Shown: positions 4,815 to 5,698 of the stretch, one piece after another
Layout: the number at the start of each line of letters is the position of its first letter
How positions within the stretch are numbered: the stretch's first letter is position 1
IMG/VR virus record: IMGVR_UViG_2778261176_000002
Location: 1-5,698 of that record
DNA: 5,698 nucleotides
Reading direction: 5' to 3' (one strand)
Source: a virus
Taxonomy: Duplodnaviria; Heunggongvirae; Uroviricota; Caudoviricetes
Translations under genes and position numbers: made by a program
Notes under the pieces: model-generated
The model's input: only the letters and a program-made list of their open reading frames with translations
Database searches by the model: none
What the model was told of the DNA's origin: nothing

Positions 4815-4919
4815 TTATATCAAAGATAACGAACAGGCAGGACGCCCACGAAGTAGCCCGCCCGGTACGTACGAAGACCGGGATGATTCGTTAGCGGATG
4901 ATTTCAGTGGAGAGAATAG

Positions 4920-5228
4920 ATGAATGAGCAGGATTTGAAGCATGTGATCGCATTGTTGCTGGAAGACGCTAAACGTTTACAGCAGATAGAGCCAAATGCA
5001 GGCACTGAGGCCCGTATTTTGTTAGCAAAACAGGCATTAAAGACTTGCGGGGCGCAAGACCCTGATCGAACCAAGTTCATGAATTTCATGGCTAACACGA
5101 TCACCCCCCTGCCATGCAATGGAGAGAGGGTGAGCCGTGTTTATCACGACACAATGGTTAAGGCATTAAGAATCGAGCTTGATGGGCTTAGGCGTAAGAT
5201 CGTGATGAACAAAATCGTTGCCAACTAA
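4920..5228 (+). CDS. Hypothetical protein, first gene downstream of the pL-like region
   Basis: 102 aa ORF (MNEQDLKHVIALLLEDAKRLQQIEPNAGTEARILLAKQALK...VKALRIELDGLRRKIVMNKIVAN) with GGAGAG Shine-Dalgarno 5 nt upstream of the ATG. Predicted largely helical. No recognisable family and no arginine-rich N-terminus, so it does not look like lambda N. Confidence 0.6.
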   Translation: MNEQDLKHVIALLLEDAKRLQQIEPNAGTEARILLAKQALKTCGAQDPDRTKFMNFMANTITPLPCNGERVSRVYHDTMVKALRIELDGLRRKIVMNKIVAN

Positions 5229-5507
5229 GGAAGCAGACGGAAGTAAGCATGCGCTTTGTTCAAATTTGCAGACAAATATATTTGCGTCAACACCAGCACT
5301 GTTAGCAATGGAAAAAGTTTGATCAAGGATTTGTTGGCAGTTCATTGTGCTTTTGAGGATATATCCCTCTGGAATCAGTCTGCAGCAGCTATCGTCAGAC
5401 TCTTTGATTGTTTTCTGGTACAGAAAGTTAAGCATTAATTCTTCAAATTTTTTGGTCTGTTCGGCTGTTGCTTCAAACAGACGAACGTGAACATAAAACT
5501 GGTTCAT
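5166..5507 (-). CDS. Hypothetical protein, convergent with and overlapping the 3' end of the 4920-5228 gene
   Basis: Same frame as track ORF 5166..5543, started at ATG 5507 (MNQFYVHVRLFEATAEQTKKFEELMLNFLYQ...) because AAGGAA lies 6 nt upstream; ATG 5543 has only a poorly spaced GGTGG. Codon usage looks E. coli-like (CGT, CTG, GAA, CAG, AAA). No recognisable family. Confidence 0.5.
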   Translation of the reverse strand: MNQFYVHVRLFEATAEQTKKFEELMLNFLYQKTIKESDDSCCRLIPEGYILKSTMNCQQILDQTFSIANSAGVDANIFVCKFEQSACLLPSASLVGNDFVHHDLTPKPIKLDS

Positions 5508-5698
5508 TAGGTTTCCTTGCTGGCTGTGTGAGAACTCCAGCATACCACCGAGCCTGAAGTGGTGAAAAGACAGGCAATAGTTTCATTGCTGTGTGTAGTC
5601 TTGGCGCTACCAGCTTGTACCCTTGCTTCCGGCTGGTACCGTCCTTTTTACAAAACAGAGAAGAGCATCACCGGACGACGGGCTCATAACCCAATCCA

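Noticed and set aside
5270-5281. 12-bp perfect AT-rich palindrome CAAATATATTTG
   Set aside because: Lies inside the minus-strand hypothetical gene; short AT-rich palindromes of this kind occur by chance in AT-rich coding sequence and there is no second copy.
4904-5438. Minus-strand ORF 4904..5119 and + strand ORF 5256..5438
   Set aside because: Antisense shadows of the two hypothetical genes; they lack ribosome-binding sites and are less protein-like than their partners.
5611-5650. Imperfect dyad around a GGTACC core followed by CCTTTTTAC near the right edge
   Set aside because: Stem would need a 19-nt loop and the U-tract is short; too weak to call a terminator, and the flanking context is cut off by the window edge.
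5543-5698. Short minus-strand ORFs of roughly 27-36 codons upstream of the 5166-5507 gene
   Set aside because: Too short, no convincing ribosome-binding sites, and truncated context at the window edge.

Overview
This window looks like the immunity and early-replication core of a lambdoid temperate prophage from an enterobacterium, inverted relative to the usual lambda map. A CI-type repressor (HTH plus LexA-like S24 peptidase) sits on the + strand at 4105-4731. To its left is a divergent operator/promoter region and a tightly packed minus-strand early operon: Cro-like (3807-4007), cII-like regulator (3185-3826), one or two small ORFs in conflicting frames (2830-3188), a replication initiator with an internal iteron array (1899-2840), a 30-codon mini-ORF, a Dam-type N6-adenine methyltransferase, RusA resolvase, and a KilA-N protein that runs off the left edge. 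To its right is a second operator/promoter-like region (pL analogue) driving a + strand gene of unknown function (4920-5228), which converges on and overlaps a minus-strand gene of unknown function (5166-5507). No tRNA, rRNA, CRISPR array or transposase was seen. The points most worth a second look are the frame conflict between the cII-like gene and the initiator, a candidate oop-like antisense RNA, an in-frame amber codon near the end of the methyltransferase gene, the shared operator motif on both sides of cI, and the unannotatable convergent gene pair right of cI. All family assignments are from reading the translations by eye; no database search was run.
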